64,000 nucleotides of DNA from Thermodesulfobacteriota bacterium (GTDB lineage: Bacteria; Desulfobacterota; Binatia; Bin18), in the NCBI GenBank assembly GCA_964291405.2, contig OZ219926.1:1568001-1632000 (forward strand), written 5' to 3'. Shown piece by piece: positions 9,436 to 20,055 of this stretch. The notes under the pieces were generated by a model. It was not told the origin of the DNA. It worked only from the letters and a program-made list of their open reading frames with translations, and ran no database searches. Position 1 is the stretch's first letter. Each line of letters starts with the position of its first letter. A program made the position numbers and the translations under genes.

Positions 9436-10578
9436 ATGAGCCGGATTATTGACGCGGACAGCCACTTCATGGAACCGCTCGATTTATGGGAGCGCTATAT
9501 TGAACCGGAGTTTCGAGAGCGTTGCCTGCGCTTCACTCAGGACCCGCAGACCGGCACGCATGCCATGCTCATCAACGAATCGAAACGGATTCGGGGGGTG
9601 GGTGAGTTCAGCATGGAAGACCTGCTCGGCGTGGGCGTAGGATACGGTCAGAAGGAGGATGGCTCGGGGCTGGGGTCTTTCGACTTTTCCAGCGCGTTTA
9701 ATAATACCCTCGAAGACATGGACCAGCGTATCGCCTATCTGGATAACGAGGGCTTTGAGTGCCAGTTCATCTATCCGACCCTGGGTCTGATGTGGGAGGG
9801 TCAGGTGACCGACCCGGATTTGGCGGCCGCCCATTGTCGCGCCTATAACACCTGGACGCTGGAGGTGTGCGCCAATCACCGCACCCGGCTGTATCCGGTC
9901 GGACATATTTCTCTGCGCCATCCCACACAGGCTGTACGTGAGATCGAGCGTCTGGCCGATGCGGGCATGCGAACAATCTTTGTTGGGGCCCTGCCGGTTG
10001 ACGGCAAGAGTTTCGGCTGTCCTGATTTTGACCCGGTCTGGGACGCCGCCCAGTACCACGACATGGCGGTCGGTCTCCATCTGGTCGTGCATCGCAACTA
10101 CCTGGGTCACGATTGGTATGCGGACCGCCGGCCCGGCTTCATGTTTCTGAGCATGAACGGCATTCAAGACCCCCGCATGGCCCTCACCACCATGGTCTAC
10201 GACGGGGTGTTTGAGCGCTTTCCCAAGCTGCGCGTCGCCACCATTGAATCCGCCAGCGGTTGGGTCGTGGAATGGCTCGACCGCCTCGATTATCGCTACA
10301 GCTATATGGGGCACTCGTGTCAGATGGAGCGCCCGGCCAGCGAGTATTTTGAGCGGAATATCTGGATTGCGGCTGACCCGGATGAGCGCCTGCTGCCCTA
10401 TATGGTCGAGCTGCTGGGCGACCACAAGTTTTTTATCGGTTCGGACTATCCGCATGCCGAAGGCTTTACCGACCCAGTTGCCAAAGCGCGCAGCGCCCTA
10501 CACACCCTGCCGGAGGTATCGGTCAACAAAATATTGGGAGAAAACGCGGTTAAATTTTTCGGGCTCTCAACCAAGTAA
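9436..10578 (+). CDS. Amidohydrolase_2 family protein
   Basis: IDADSH, GVFERFPKLR and GSDYPH. Confidence 0.9.
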   Translation: MSRIIDADSHFMEPLDLWERYIEPEFRERCLRFTQDPQTGTHAMLINESKRIRGVGEFSMEDLLGVGVGYGQKEDGSGLGSFDFSSAFNNTLEDMDQRIAYLDNEGFECQFIYPTLGLMWEGQVTDPDLAAAHCRAYNTWTLEVCANHRTRLYPVGHISLRHPTQAVREIERLADAGMRTIFVGALPVDGKSFGCPDFDPVWDAAQYHDMAVGLHLVVHRNYLGHDWYADRRPGFMFLSMNGIQDPRMALTTMVYDGVFERFPKLRVATIESASGWVVEWLDRLDYRYSYMGHSCQMERPASEYFERNIWIAADPDERLLPYMVELLGDHKFFIGSDYPHAEGFTDPVAKARSALHTLPEVSVNKILGENAVKFFGLSTK

Positions 10579-10588
10579 GGAGGAAGTC

Positions 10589-11059
10589 ATGAATCTTGAA
10601 GATATCGCTCAACGCGTCCAAACGCTCGAAGACGTCGAGGCCATCAAAAAGCTCAAGGCCCGCTACTGTGCCGGGGCGGACGAGCGTGATGAAGAAAAGT
10701 TTGTCGGCTGCTTCACGGAAGATGCCGTCTGGGACGGCGGCAATTTCGGACACTTCGAGGGGAAAGCTGCCATTCGGGAATTTTTTGGCACTATTCCTCA
10801 GGTCCTGTCATTTGCCATCCACTACGTGATGAATCCGCGTATTGAGGTCAACGGAGACACGGCCACCGGCTATTGGTATCTGCTGGAGCCCTGCACCATG
10901 CTCGAAGGCGGCGAGCAGGCGGTCTGGGGTGTAGCCAAATACGAAGAAGAATACGTCCGAGAGGATGGGGAGTGGAAAATACGCAACCTGATCCTCGCTC
11001 CGGAGTGCTGGACCCCGTTTGAGCAAGGCTGGGTCAATCAGCAGTTTATCGGCCAATAA
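10589..11059 (+). CDS. SnoaL/NTF2-like protein (LinA/BaiE-like)
   Basis: LEDVEAIKKLKARYC..D, FTEDAVW, HYVMNP and GEWKI; AAGGAGG RBS. Confidence 0.85.
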   Translation: MNLEDIAQRVQTLEDVEAIKKLKARYCAGADERDEEKFVGCFTEDAVWDGGNFGHFEGKAAIREFFGTIPQVLSFAIHYVMNPRIEVNGDTATGYWYLLEPCTMLEGGEQAVWGVAKYEEEYVREDGEWKIRNLILAPECWTPFEQGWVNQQFIGQ

Positions 11060-11132
11060 GTCTCATCGGCGGGCTGCGGACGAGGCGACCCGCCGGCTGA
11101 GTTTCTGACCGGGTGCCACCGCTACGTCATAT

Positions 11133-13208
11133 ATGACTACCTATAGCTTAGGTGTTGACGTCGGAGGGACTTTCACCGACCTCGTGTGTGCGGACGAGGC
11201 TGGACAGACACAGACCGAGAAAGTCCTGACGACCCCAGAGAACCAAGCCCTGGGCGTGCTCAACGGTGTCGGCAAACTGGCCCGCACATACGGGCTGGCC
11301 GAGCGGGATTTTCTCAGCCGGATAGCGGTTGTGGTCCACGGTACGACGGTCGCAACCAACACCATGTTGGAATACACTGGCGCTACCACCGGCCTGATCA
11401 CCACCGCCGGCTTTCGCGACACCATAGAGATCCGCCGCAACTATAAAGAAGCCGCTTTTGATATTCGCCTCTCGGCTCCGTATCAGATCGTCCCGCGCCG
11501 CCGCCGCCTCGGCGTGACCGAGCGGATTGATTATGCCGGTCAGGTCGTCAAACCCTTGGCGGAAGCCGAGGTCCGCGCGGCCGTACAGCGGCTGGCGGAG
11601 ATACAGGTCGAAGCCATAGCCGTGTGTTATCTGTTTGCGTTTTTGAATCCTGTCCACGAACTCCGGACGCGCGAGATTATTCGCGAACTCCTGCCCGATG
11701 TCCATATCTCGCTGTCGTCAGAGGTTCTGCCCCAAGTCCGTGAATTCGAGCGCTTGAGCACAACCTTGGTCGATGCCTATGTTACTCCTCGCTTACAGAG
11801 ATATTTGGAGCGGCTGGACACGGAGTTTCGTCAGCGTGGATTTCAGGGCGACATTTTCATTATGCAGGGCAATGGTGGTGTCGTGGGCCTGGAACAGGCT
11901 CAGACCCACGGCGTCCAAGCCCTCCTGTCCGGACCGGCCAGCGGCGTGGTGGCTGGCGCGTATCTGGGCGAGGCATCCGGATTCAAGGACGTCATCACCA
12001 TTGATATGGGGGGCACGAGCTTCGACGTCTGCCTGGTGCAGGATGGTCGGCCCAAGACCGGAACCGATCAGTGGATGAGCCGGTATCGGATTGCGGTTCC
12101 ATTTATTGATATTCACACCATTGGCGCTGGTGGTGGCAGTATCGCCTGGGTCGACGAGGGGGGGGCGTTACGCGTTGGCCCCCAGAGCGCGGGTGCTTAT
12201 CCGGGCCCGGCGTGTTATGGCTTTGGCGGCCAGGAGGCCACGGTCACGGATGCGGATGTGGTGCTGGGCTATATCAGCCCCGATTCCTTCTTGGGCGGCG
12301 AAATGCGGCTGGACGCCGAGGCCGCCCGACAGGCAATCGAAACCAAGGTGGCCCAGCCGCTGGAGATGAGCCTCCTGGAAGCGGCCAGCGGTATTTTTCG
12401 TATTGTCAATAATGGTATGAGCAATAGCGTTCGGCGGGTTTCTCTGGCAAAAGGCTACGACCCGCGGGACTTCGCACTGACCGCGTTCGGCGGTGCCGGT
12501 GCAATTCATGCCGGCGCACTGGTCGAAGACCTCGGCATTCAGACCATCCTGATTCCCAAAGGCACGGCCCCCGTCCTGTGCGCCCTGGGTGATCTCTTGT
12601 CCGACCTGCGGATGAGTCGGGTCCGCAGTTTCTATGCGCGTGGGAGTGAACTTGATCTGGAGGCCATGAACACTCAGTTCCGGCGCATGCGCGAGGAAGC
12701 TCTGGAATTGTTCGGGAGTCAGCAGCATCACCTGGGGCAAACCTTCGCCCAATTCTCGTTGGAGATGCGCTATATTGGCCAGACACATGAAGTGACGGTT
12801 CCGGTTATAATGCAGACGGAGCAGCTCAATGCCACGGATATGGCGACGACGATCCAGGGCTTTCACGATCTGCACGAGCAGTTATACACCTTCCAGAAGC
12901 CCGAGGACGAGGTCGAAATTCTCAATATCCACCTCGACCTCGTCGGACAGAGAGCGAAACCGAGCTTGCAAACAGCCATCCGAGGCAGTCAGGAGGCTCG
13001 AACTGCACTCCAGGGTACCCGGCCCGCTTATTCAGCCTCGGCCCAGGATTATGTGGAGACGGATATTTACAACGGAGAGCAGCTTGTGCCAGGGCATTGC
13101 GTTGTCGGCCCGGCCATTATCGAAGAGGCTCGCACCTCCATCGTCCTTTTTGCCGGCCAGCGGGCGACCCTCGACGAGCACCTCACCTATATGATTGAGG
13201 TCGAGTGA
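11133..13208 (+). CDS. Hydantoinase A/oxoprolinase family ATP-binding subunit
   Basis: GVDVGGTFTD, HGTTVATN, SGPASG, DMGGTSFD and GPQSAGAYPGPACY. Confidence 0.95.
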   Translation: MTTYSLGVDVGGTFTDLVCADEAGQTQTEKVLTTPENQALGVLNGVGKLARTYGLAERDFLSRIAVVVHGTTVATNTMLEYTGATTGLITTAGFRDTIEIRRNYKEAAFDIRLSAPYQIVPRRRRLGVTERIDYAGQVVKPLAEAEVRAAVQRLAEIQVEAIAVCYLFAFLNPVHELRTREIIRELLPDVHISLSSEVLPQVREFERLSTTLVDAYVTPRLQRYLERLDTEFRQRGFQGDIFIMQGNGGVVGLEQAQTHGVQALLSGPASGVVAGAYLGEASGFKDVITIDMGGTSFDVCLVQDGRPKTGTDQWMSRYRIAVPFIDIHTIGAGGGSIAWVDEGGALRVGPQSAGAYPGPACYGFGGQEATVTDADVVLGYISPDSFLGGEMRLDAEAARQAIETKVAQPLEMSLLEAASGIFRIVNNGMSNSVRRVSLAKGYDPRDFALTAFGGAGAIHAGALVEDLGIQTILIPKGTAPVLCALGDLLSDLRMSRVRSFYARGSELDLEAMNTQFRRMREEALELFGSQQHHLGQTFAQFSLEMRYIGQTHEVTVPVIMQTEQLNATDMATTIQGFHDLHEQLYTFQKPEDEVEILNIHLDLVGQRAKPSLQTAIRGSQEARTALQGTRPAYSASAQDYVETDIYNGEQLVPGHCVVGPAIIEEARTSIVLFAGQRATLDEHLTYMIEVE

Positions 13209-13209
13209 T

Positions 13210-14406
13210 ATGACACATCCTCTCGACCCAGGCAAAGAAGCGAGCGCGACCATGGGGGCGACCCTTGGACGGGCGCGACCGACTCTCCTGCGCCGTCTGG
13301 CCTCTTTAGCCTTAATCGACCGCCGGCACGTCACCGTCGCCCTCGCCACCGCAGACGGCCGCGTGGTTGGGATAGACCCAGCGGCGCGCCTGGGAATTGT
13401 CCGGGCGGTGGCCCGAGCGGTCTGTGACGCCTTTTGTGACAACGTCGCTGAGGGTGACATTATCCTCACCAACGATCCGTTTTCGGGCGGGACGCATATT
13501 CAGGACCTGACGCTGCTGCGTCCGCTCTTTGTCGCCGAGCAGCTCGCCGGCTGGGCCATTGTCCAGACTCCCCTGCCCGACCTGGGTGGTATGGCCCTGG
13601 GCGGGTATTATCCTTTTGCCCTCGAAATTTGGGCGGAGGGTATTCGGGTCACACCGGCCAAGCTCTACCGGCAGGGCGTCCTGCAACGTGACGCGCTCAC
13701 CATGCTGACCCTTAACAGCCGGCTGCCTCATCTGGTCGAAAAAGACGTGCAGAGTATGGTTGAGATTCTAGACTTGGCCAATACGGCCGTTGCCGGTCTA
13801 GCCGCCCGCCAGACCCCAGCGGTCTACACACAGGCCCTCGACCAGATCATCACTGACACCGCTACCCAGACTCAGGCGGCCCTGTCTGAACTGCCGTACG
13901 GGGAGTGGCAGGCGGAGAGTGCGCCCATACACTGTTGTTTGGAAGAAGCGGATTTGCAGGTCGCAGTCCGTCTGACCGTTTCAGACGAAGCCGTCGGACT
14001 TGATTTCTCCGGCAGTTCTCCTGCGGCCAAAGGTTTTGTGAATACCACCGTAGCCACCGCTCAGGCCGCGGCAGCGCTGCCCTTTTTCTCCCTCTGGCCC
14101 ACGCTGCCTGTTAATGACGGTATGTTCCATCACCTACACATATCGATTCCTGACGACACTTTTTTACACGCCAAGCTGCCGATGTCGGTAGGCTGGTCGC
14201 CCTACCAGCCGAGCCAGGCAGTTGTTCAGGCCGTTGCGGCCGCCCTCAATAAAGCGCGCCGGCCCCTGCCGTCCGCAAAGCAGTTGACCGCACCGGTCAC
14301 CGCACCGCCTCTGCCTTTTACTGTCACCGGGTGCGGCCGTCCCGGCTGTCCCTTCCCTCTCCCCCAACCCCCAACCCCTAACCCCCACAAAGGAGATCCC
14401 GCATGA
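13210..14406 (+). CDS. Short, divergent hydantoinase B-like subunit
   Basis: GDIILTNDPFSGGTHIQD, WAEGIRVTP and LDFSGSSP; lacks the C-terminal GGGG region of full-length B subunits. Confidence 0.75.
   Translation: MTHPLDPGKEASATMGATLGRARPTLLRRLASLALIDRRHVTVALATADGRVVGIDPAARLGIVRAVARAVCDAFCDNVAEGDIILTNDPFSGGTHIQDLTLLRPLFVAEQLAGWAIVQTPLPDLGGMALGGYYPFALEIWAEGIRVTPAKLYRQGVLQRDALTMLTLNSRLPHLVEKDVQSMVEILDLANTAVAGLAARQTPAVYTQALDQIITDTATQTQAALSELPYGEWQAESAPIHCCLEEADLQVAVRLTVSDEAVGLDFSGSSPAAKGFVNTTVATAQAAAALPFFSLWPTLPVNDGMFHHLHISIPDDTFLHAKLPMSVGWSPYQPSQAVVQAVAAALNKARRPLPSAKQLTAPVTAPPLPFTVTGCGRPGCPFPLPQPPTPNPHKGDPA
14361..14388 (+). repeat. Degenerate heptamer tandem repeat (CCCCCAA x4)
   Basis: CCCCCAA CCCCCAA CCCCTAA CCCCCAC in the 3' end of the short B-like gene. 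Confidence 0.55.
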
Positions 14407-16142
14407 TCGACCGCATTACCGCCCTGGTGATCAAGGATTCCTTAGAGGCCATCTCTGAAGAAATGAGTAAAACGGTTGAGCGTACGGCCGTGCACCCGCT
14501 GTTCAACGAAGTGCACGACTACTCGACCGGGGTGTTCTTTTATGATGGCAGCGATGTGCGCCTGGTCGCCCGAGCGACGGCGATTCCCGTCCATATCTTT
14601 GCCTCCATCCTGTCGGTTGAAGCCCTGATGGAGTCGTTTCAGGACGACCTGCACGAGGGCGATATCGTCATGCTGAACGACCCGTATTACGGTGGTACGC
14701 ATCACGCCGACTGGACCGTGATGAAACCCGTCTTCTTTGACGGTAAGCCGGTGCTGTTTCCCTCGGTCCGCGCCCACATGGCCGATTTTGGTGGGCCGGT
14801 GGCTGGTGGCTATAACCCCGAAGCCAAAGACATTTGGCAGGAAGCCCTGCGTATTCCGCCGATCAAACTCTTCGAGAAGGGTGTCCTGCGCCAGGATGTG
14901 CTCGACTGGATTCTGGCCAACTCCCGTATTCCCAATGTGTTGCGTGGCGATCTGGCCGCCATGTTCGGGGCGTGTAATCTGGCCGAGCAGCGCATCCACG
15001 CCCTGTTCGCCAAGTATGGTGGGGATGTGGTCAATGAAAGCATTGAATACACGCTCGACTATGCGGAAAAACGCTTTCGAGCTGAGGTCGCCAAGTGGCC
15101 GGACGGAGAATACCGGGGCAGCGCGACCTTGGATCACGACAGTCTGGGCAACTATGACGTCGAGGTGAAAACAACCGTCACCATCAAGGGCTCTGATCTG
15201 AGCGTTGACCTGAGCGGCTCAAGCCCGGAAACACCGGGCTTTGTGAACAGTCCGTTTGGCAATACAGCCTCGTGGGTCTATACCGCCCTGTGTTCGGTCC
15301 TGCCCGAAGACATCCCGATCAACTCCGGCGTGTTTCGAGCCGTGACCATCACCGCACCGGAGGGGACCGTCGTGAACCCCCTCCCGCCTGCTCCGTGTAT
15401 GTTCAGCACGGTCGTGATTGGCGGAGATGTCGGCACGGCCACCATGCAGGCCTTGGAGCAGGCCATTCCCGACAAAGTCGGCTCGGTGTCGCTCAACTAC
15501 TGTCTGTGCACCACTTATGGGCATGACTCTCGCTATGGCGAAATGTTTGTGACCATTGAGTACGGGAATACGCTCGTGGCGGCTGGCGGGACCCAGGGTC
15601 AGGATGGCTGGGGCGGCTGGCCGGCTCCCATGTGCGGACTGATTTACTCCACGGTTGAGATGAGCGAGATTCAATTCCCCTTTTTCTACCATCAGTATGA
15701 ATACGTTGGCGATACGGCCGCTCCGGGACAGTGGCGCGGGGTGCCGGGCTTTGCCATGAAGCGCGAAAGCGTCCGGGACACCTCCATCATCAACGTGGCG
15801 CTGACAGGCGTGCGCCACTCCTCGCCCGGCTTTGCCGGCGGAAAGAACGGGGCGAGCAGCCGCTATGTCCTGAACTGGGGCACGGAGCATGAGGAAGAAG
15901 TCCTGGAGTCAGCCGCGAATCGCCCCTCGCCACCGGGCTCGATTATCTCCACCTTTAAGGGCGGCGGTGGCGGTTGGGGCAATCCCTTTGCCCGTGACCC
16001 GCAAAAAGTTCTCAATGACGTGCTGGATGAGTTTATCACCATAGACAGTGCCGAGCGGGACTACGGTGTCGTGATCCAGCCTGACAGCATGACCATCGAT
16101 ACCGACGAAACCCTGCGACGCCGCGCGCTTGTCGCAAAATAA
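14403..16142 (+). CDS. Hydantoinase B/oxoprolinase family subunit
   Basis: NDPYYGGTHHAD, RAHMADFGG, GGGGGWGNP and VLNDVLDEFIT. Confidence 0.95.
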   Translation: MIDRITALVIKDSLEAISEEMSKTVERTAVHPLFNEVHDYSTGVFFYDGSDVRLVARATAIPVHIFASILSVEALMESFQDDLHEGDIVMLNDPYYGGTHHADWTVMKPVFFDGKPVLFPSVRAHMADFGGPVAGGYNPEAKDIWQEALRIPPIKLFEKGVLRQDVLDWILANSRIPNVLRGDLAAMFGACNLAEQRIHALFAKYGGDVVNESIEYTLDYAEKRFRAEVAKWPDGEYRGSATLDHDSLGNYDVEVKTTVTIKGSDLSVDLSGSSPETPGFVNSPFGNTASWVYTALCSVLPEDIPINSGVFRAVTITAPEGTVVNPLPPAPCMFSTVVIGGDVGTATMQALEQAIPDKVGSVSLNYCLCTTYGHDSRYGEMFVTIEYGNTLVAAGGTQGQDGWGGWPAPMCGLIYSTVEMSEIQFPFFYHQYEYVGDTAAPGQWRGVPGFAMKRESVRDTSIINVALTGVRHSSPGFAGGKNGASSRYVLNWGTEHEEEVLESAANRPSPPGSIISTFKGGGGGWGNPFARDPQKVLNDVLDEFITIDSAERDYGVVIQPDSMTIDTDETLRRRALVAK

Positions 16143-16157
16143 GTAGGGAGCAGCCTG

Positions 16158-17699
16158 ATGCGACGCCTCCGTTCAACCGGAAAGATCAGACGGCCGACCG
16201 CCGAAGAACTGTCTGATTTAGCCGAGCTATCCTTTCTCCGCCTCACCCCTCAGGAAGCGCTCGACCTTGAGGAACTCAGTGAAGGCCTGCTCAGCACCTT
16301 GGATCGTCTGGACGACCTCCCGCAGCCACGCTGGCCGATTCGATACACCGACCGCGACCCCGGTTATCGGCCGACACCGGAAGAGGACCCGTATAATATT
16401 TTCATTCGCAAGTGTCGGGTCACCGGCGCGCCTGACGGTATGCTCGCCGGCAAGAGAATCGGCCTGAAAGACAACATCGCCGTGGCCGGCATTCCGCTGA
16501 CGAACGGCTCCCGGCTTGTGGAAGGCTATGTGCCGGATTGTGATGCAACCGTAGTTGAGCGGCTGTTGGACGCGGGCGCTGAAATCGTCGGCAAGCTCAA
16601 TATGGACAGTTTCGCGCTCTCCCCTTCGGCGGAAACCAGCGAGTTCGGATATGCCCGCAATCCTCGCAACCCCGACCATTCGCCGGGTGGCTCGTCCGGG
16701 GGCAGCGGCGCCGCGGTGGCCAACGGTGATGTCGATATTGCCTTGGGTGTGGATGAAGGCGGCAGCGGCCGCATTCCGGCGGCCTGGTGTGGGATCACCA
16801 GCATCAAAGCAACGCATGGCCTGGTGCCCTCCTTTGGCTTGACCTATATGGACCATACCCTGGATTTCATTTGTCCCATGGCGCGGACCGTCCAGGAGGT
16901 GGCCCAAACACTGGAGGTGATTGCCGGCGACGACCCGCGTGACCCCCAGTGGGTCCGCGGCCCCATTCAGACTGAGCCGTATACCCAAGCGCTGACAACC
17001 GACATCCACGGTCTCCGTATCGGCCTGGTCAAAGAAGGGCTGGCAGGTCGGGCGGTCGAACCGGAAGTTGTTGACGCCTTTCAAAAAGGAATAGCCCAGC
17101 TCAGTATCCTGGGTGCCGATTGCAGTGAGATTTCCCTCCCACTGTTCAAAAGCGCCTGGGCCATTTGGACGGGCATTGCCAGCCATTCGATCCCCGCACT
17201 GGTCGAGTCTGACGGGGAAGGCTACGGTCATGGCGGCGCGAGCAATGTCGGCTGGGTCGAAACCTTTGGTCGCGCCCGCCGCGCCCGGGCCAACGATCTG
17301 CCACCGTTTCTAAAACTCATTCTGCCGGTCGGAAATTATCTCCGCCGCGAATACAATAATCGCTATTACGCTTTGGCCCAGAATCTCCGCCTCAGCTTCA
17401 CCCAGCAGATCGAACATGCCCTCCAGGAAGTCGATATTCTGGCCCTGCCGACCACACCCATGCGGGCCCCAAGGCTCGAAGCGGGGCTGACCCTCAAAGA
17501 TTTGGTCCGACGCAGTGCCGCGGCTGGTCAGAATACCAGCGCGTTTAATTTATCAGGCCACCCGGCGCTGAATCTGCCCTGCGGCCTACGCGACGGCCTA
17601 CCGGTCGGCCTGCAACTCGTTGGCCGGCGTTGGCAGGAGAGCACGCTCCTGCGCGTTGCGTACGCGTTTGAGCAGAGTGTGGATTGGGAACAGTTGTAA
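16158..17699 (+). CDS. Amidase
   Basis: LKDN, PGGSSGGSGAAVA and DEGGSGRIPA. Confidence 0.9.
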   Translation: MRRLRSTGKIRRPTAEELSDLAELSFLRLTPQEALDLEELSEGLLSTLDRLDDLPQPRWPIRYTDRDPGYRPTPEEDPYNIFIRKCRVTGAPDGMLAGKRIGLKDNIAVAGIPLTNGSRLVEGYVPDCDATVVERLLDAGAEIVGKLNMDSFALSPSAETSEFGYARNPRNPDHSPGGSSGGSGAAVANGDVDIALGVDEGGSGRIPAAWCGITSIKATHGLVPSFGLTYMDHTLDFICPMARTVQEVAQTLEVIAGDDPRDPQWVRGPIQTEPYTQALTTDIHGLRIGLVKEGLAGRAVEPEVVDAFQKGIAQLSILGADCSEISLPLFKSAWAIWTGIASHSIPALVESDGEGYGHGGASNVGWVETFGRARRARANDLPPFLKLILPVGNYLRREYNNRYYALAQNLRLSFTQQIEHALQEVDILALPTTPMRAPRLEAGLTLKDLVRRSAAAGQNTSAFNLSGHPALNLPCGLRDGLPVGLQLVGRRWQESTLLRVAYAFEQSVDWEQL

Positions 17700-17730
17700 A
17701 GAATTGTGCACAGGATCGCACGGGGGAATT

Positions 17731-18210
17731 ATGACCAACCTCAACACCTATCAAACACGTCGAGAAACGCTCAGACAAAAATATCTCTCAGATGACAGAC
17801 CAGCAGCGCCGCCCCAGTATACCGGCGGAGTTGACCATCTGGCGCTGATCAGTCTGGACCTCGAGAAGACGATTCAGTTCTATACCGAGGTCATCGGCAT
17901 GCGGCTGACCAAGATCGTAACGAATCGTGACGAGCCAACGTCCACCCATATCTTTCTGGATATGGGCGGTGGGAACCAACTCGCGTTCTTCGACTTTCCG
18001 CAGAAAGACACCGAGCCGACCGTGCGGGGCGTGGGCAGCATGCATCATGTTGCGCTCAAGGCCACGTCCGAGCAGTTTCAAGCACTATTAGCTAACCTGG
18101 ACGAAAAGGACCTGCCCTACTCTCTGCACGGCTCGCATGAGAAAGGCTCGGTGTATGTGCGTGACCCGGATAATATCCAGGTGGAAGTCACGACGGGCTA
18201 TGGATCGTAA
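17731..18210 (+). CDS. VOC/glyoxalase family protein
   Basis: VDHLAL, MHHVAL and SVYVRDPDNIQVE. Confidence 0.88.
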   Translation: MTNLNTYQTRRETLRQKYLSDDRPAAPPQYTGGVDHLALISLDLEKTIQFYTEVIGMRLTKIVTNRDEPTSTHIFLDMGGGNQLAFFDFPQKDTEPTVRGVGSMHHVALKATSEQFQALLANLDEKDLPYSLHGSHEKGSVYVRDPDNIQVEVTTGYGS

Positions 18211-18346
18211 GCCCTAAGGCACGAGACAGAACAATCGTCGCCCGCCTCTCCCATTATGTAAGCGAGCTGTGCTAGGAACAAAGAAATCTACACTGGCGCT
18301 CTGCGCCAATCCCCTGACAGGGGAATAGGATAAGGAGGGAGCCATT

Positions 18347-18808
18347 ATGCTCGGAGCTGTTGCACACGTTGGTATTACGGTTCGGGATATGGACCGGGCC
18401 GTCGAGTTTTATCGGGACATGCTGGGGCTCAAGGTCATTGGCGATGTGACCATTGAGGGAGAAGAGGCGAGTACGGTCACCCAGGTGCCGGAGACAAAAC
18501 TGCGCGCCGTCTACCTGCGTTACGAGGATGACCCCAAAGGCCCGCCGATCGAGCTCCTGCACTTCATTGAGCCCGGCGACACGGGCAACCCGTATCCGGG
18601 CCTGGCCAACCCCGGCATCACAGAGGTCGCGTTTTGGGTCAAAGACATTGAAAAGACCTACCAGGACCTGAGTGCCAAGGGCGTTGAGTTTTATTCGCGT
18701 CCACAAATGTTCGATCTGGAGGGGGAAGGCTACGGGAAAGTCAAGGCCGTATACTTCCGCGACCCGGACGGCACGACCCTGGAGTTAATGCAGGACTGTT
18801 CGGCTTGA
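18347..18808 (+). CDS. VOC/glyoxalase family protein
   Basis: HVGITVRDMDRAVEFY and YFRDPDGTTLEL. Confidence 0.9.
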   Translation: MLGAVAHVGITVRDMDRAVEFYRDMLGLKVIGDVTIEGEEASTVTQVPETKLRAVYLRYEDDPKGPPIELLHFIEPGDTGNPYPGLANPGITEVAFWVKDIEKTYQDLSAKGVEFYSRPQMFDLEGEGYGKVKAVYFRDPDGTTLELMQDCSA

Positions 18809-18870
18809 CCGGCTGGTCTCGGCGAGGCAGACCGGGGGGCAGCATTGGACGCCGCCCCTACACTTATCCT

Positions 18871-20049
18871 CTACTTCCCCTCAAACCAGGCTGTGCCGTC
18901 CAGATATTTTTGAGGCACCAGGACCGCTCCTTCCATAATCCGTCGCGCCGTCCGCTTCGTTGTCACCCGTTCGGCGTACCACTCTCCGCCTCGACGTGAG
19001 ACTGTGGCCCCGACCTCCATGAACCCGGCAGGATGTCCTATCCTGATGTCGTGCGTGGTCGCCCGCCGGGCGACTTCATGCACGACGGTCCCTTCAACCT
19101 GAGCGGCAAGAGCGGTACATATCGCGACCGTCCCCGGCACGGTCCGGTGGGTGTTCCGCATGGAAATCGCGCGGGCCAGCAGGTCAATACTTTCTGCCTC
19201 CACCCTCTTGCCACTACTTGCCAGATAGGCTGCCGGTGGGGCAATCAGCACGACTTTGGGCGTGTGTTGAAACTTCTCGTGAGCCTCCTCAAGACTCGGG
19301 GTGAGGCCAAGTAGAATAGCAGCTTTGCATCGAATCTCTTCCAAGGTCTGCTGCAAGGCTCGCGCTGCATCTAGCGCGGGCGCGAGTTGAGTGGCATCAG
19401 CACCCAATTCGCTGGCACGAACGAACACCGTCGGAATTGCGGCGTCCACAACCGAGATCGTCACAACACGGGAGTCCGCGAGATCACACCGCTGGCGAGG
19501 CAGACCGGTGGGCAACAGGCTTCCGCCGAGCGAGCCACCAGGGTCCGCGTATTCCAGGGTAATACACGCCCCCGGAGCCGGGACGCCATCAATCATATAC
19601 TCGCCCTCAACCACAGCCTGGCCGGCACAGACCGGGACACGGGCGACATAGCGTTTACCCGTATTCGTCGAGAACACACGGATTGTGGTCACCGGCTCTA
19701 CTGCGGGAACAATACCCTCATCAATGGCAAACGGGCCGACCGCCGCCGACATATTGCCGCAGGTACCGCTCCAGTCGATGTGTGGTGTGCGCACGTCAAC
19801 CTGGCCAAAGGTAAAGGTAACGTCGCTGTCCGCCTCCGGACTGCGACCCACAATCACGACTTTGCTGAGAGAAGAAATCCCACCGCCGAGGCCGTCTATC
19901 TGCCGGCCATGGACATCGGGGCTGCCCAGGGCGGCCAGGATGATGCGTTCACGCACGGGCGGCGGATAGGGAGCCAATACATCTTCTCGGAAGCAGACCG
20001 CCCGGCTGGTCCCGCCCCGCATAAAAACAGCGGGTATTTTCGTTTGCAT
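18871..20049 (-). CDS. prpF: PrpF family isomerase
   Basis: MRGGTSR, QIDGLGGG, GTCGNMS and RTARRIMEG. Confidence 0.85.
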   Translation of the reverse strand: MQTKIPAVFMRGGTSRAVCFREDVLAPYPPPVRERIILAALGSPDVHGRQIDGLGGGISSLSKVVIVGRSPEADSDVTFTFGQVDVRTPHIDWSGTCGNMSAAVGPFAIDEGIVPAVEPVTTIRVFSTNTGKRYVARVPVCAGQAVVEGEYMIDGVPAPGACITLEYADPGGSLGGSLLPTGLPRQRCDLADSRVVTISVVDAAIPTVFVRASELGADATQLAPALDAARALQQTLEEIRCKAAILLGLTPSLEEAHEKFQHTPKVVLIAPPAAYLASSGKRVEAESIDLLARAISMRNTHRTVPGTVAICTALAAQVEGTVVHEVARRATTHDIRIGHPAGFMEVGATVSRRGGEWYAERVTTKRTARRIMEGAVLVPQKYLDGTAWFEGK

Positions 20050-20055
20050 ACGCTC

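Noticed and set aside
14361-14388. Telomere-like or CRISPR-like C-rich repeat
   Set aside because: Only four degenerate heptamers with no spacers; low-complexity Pro-rich gene tail.
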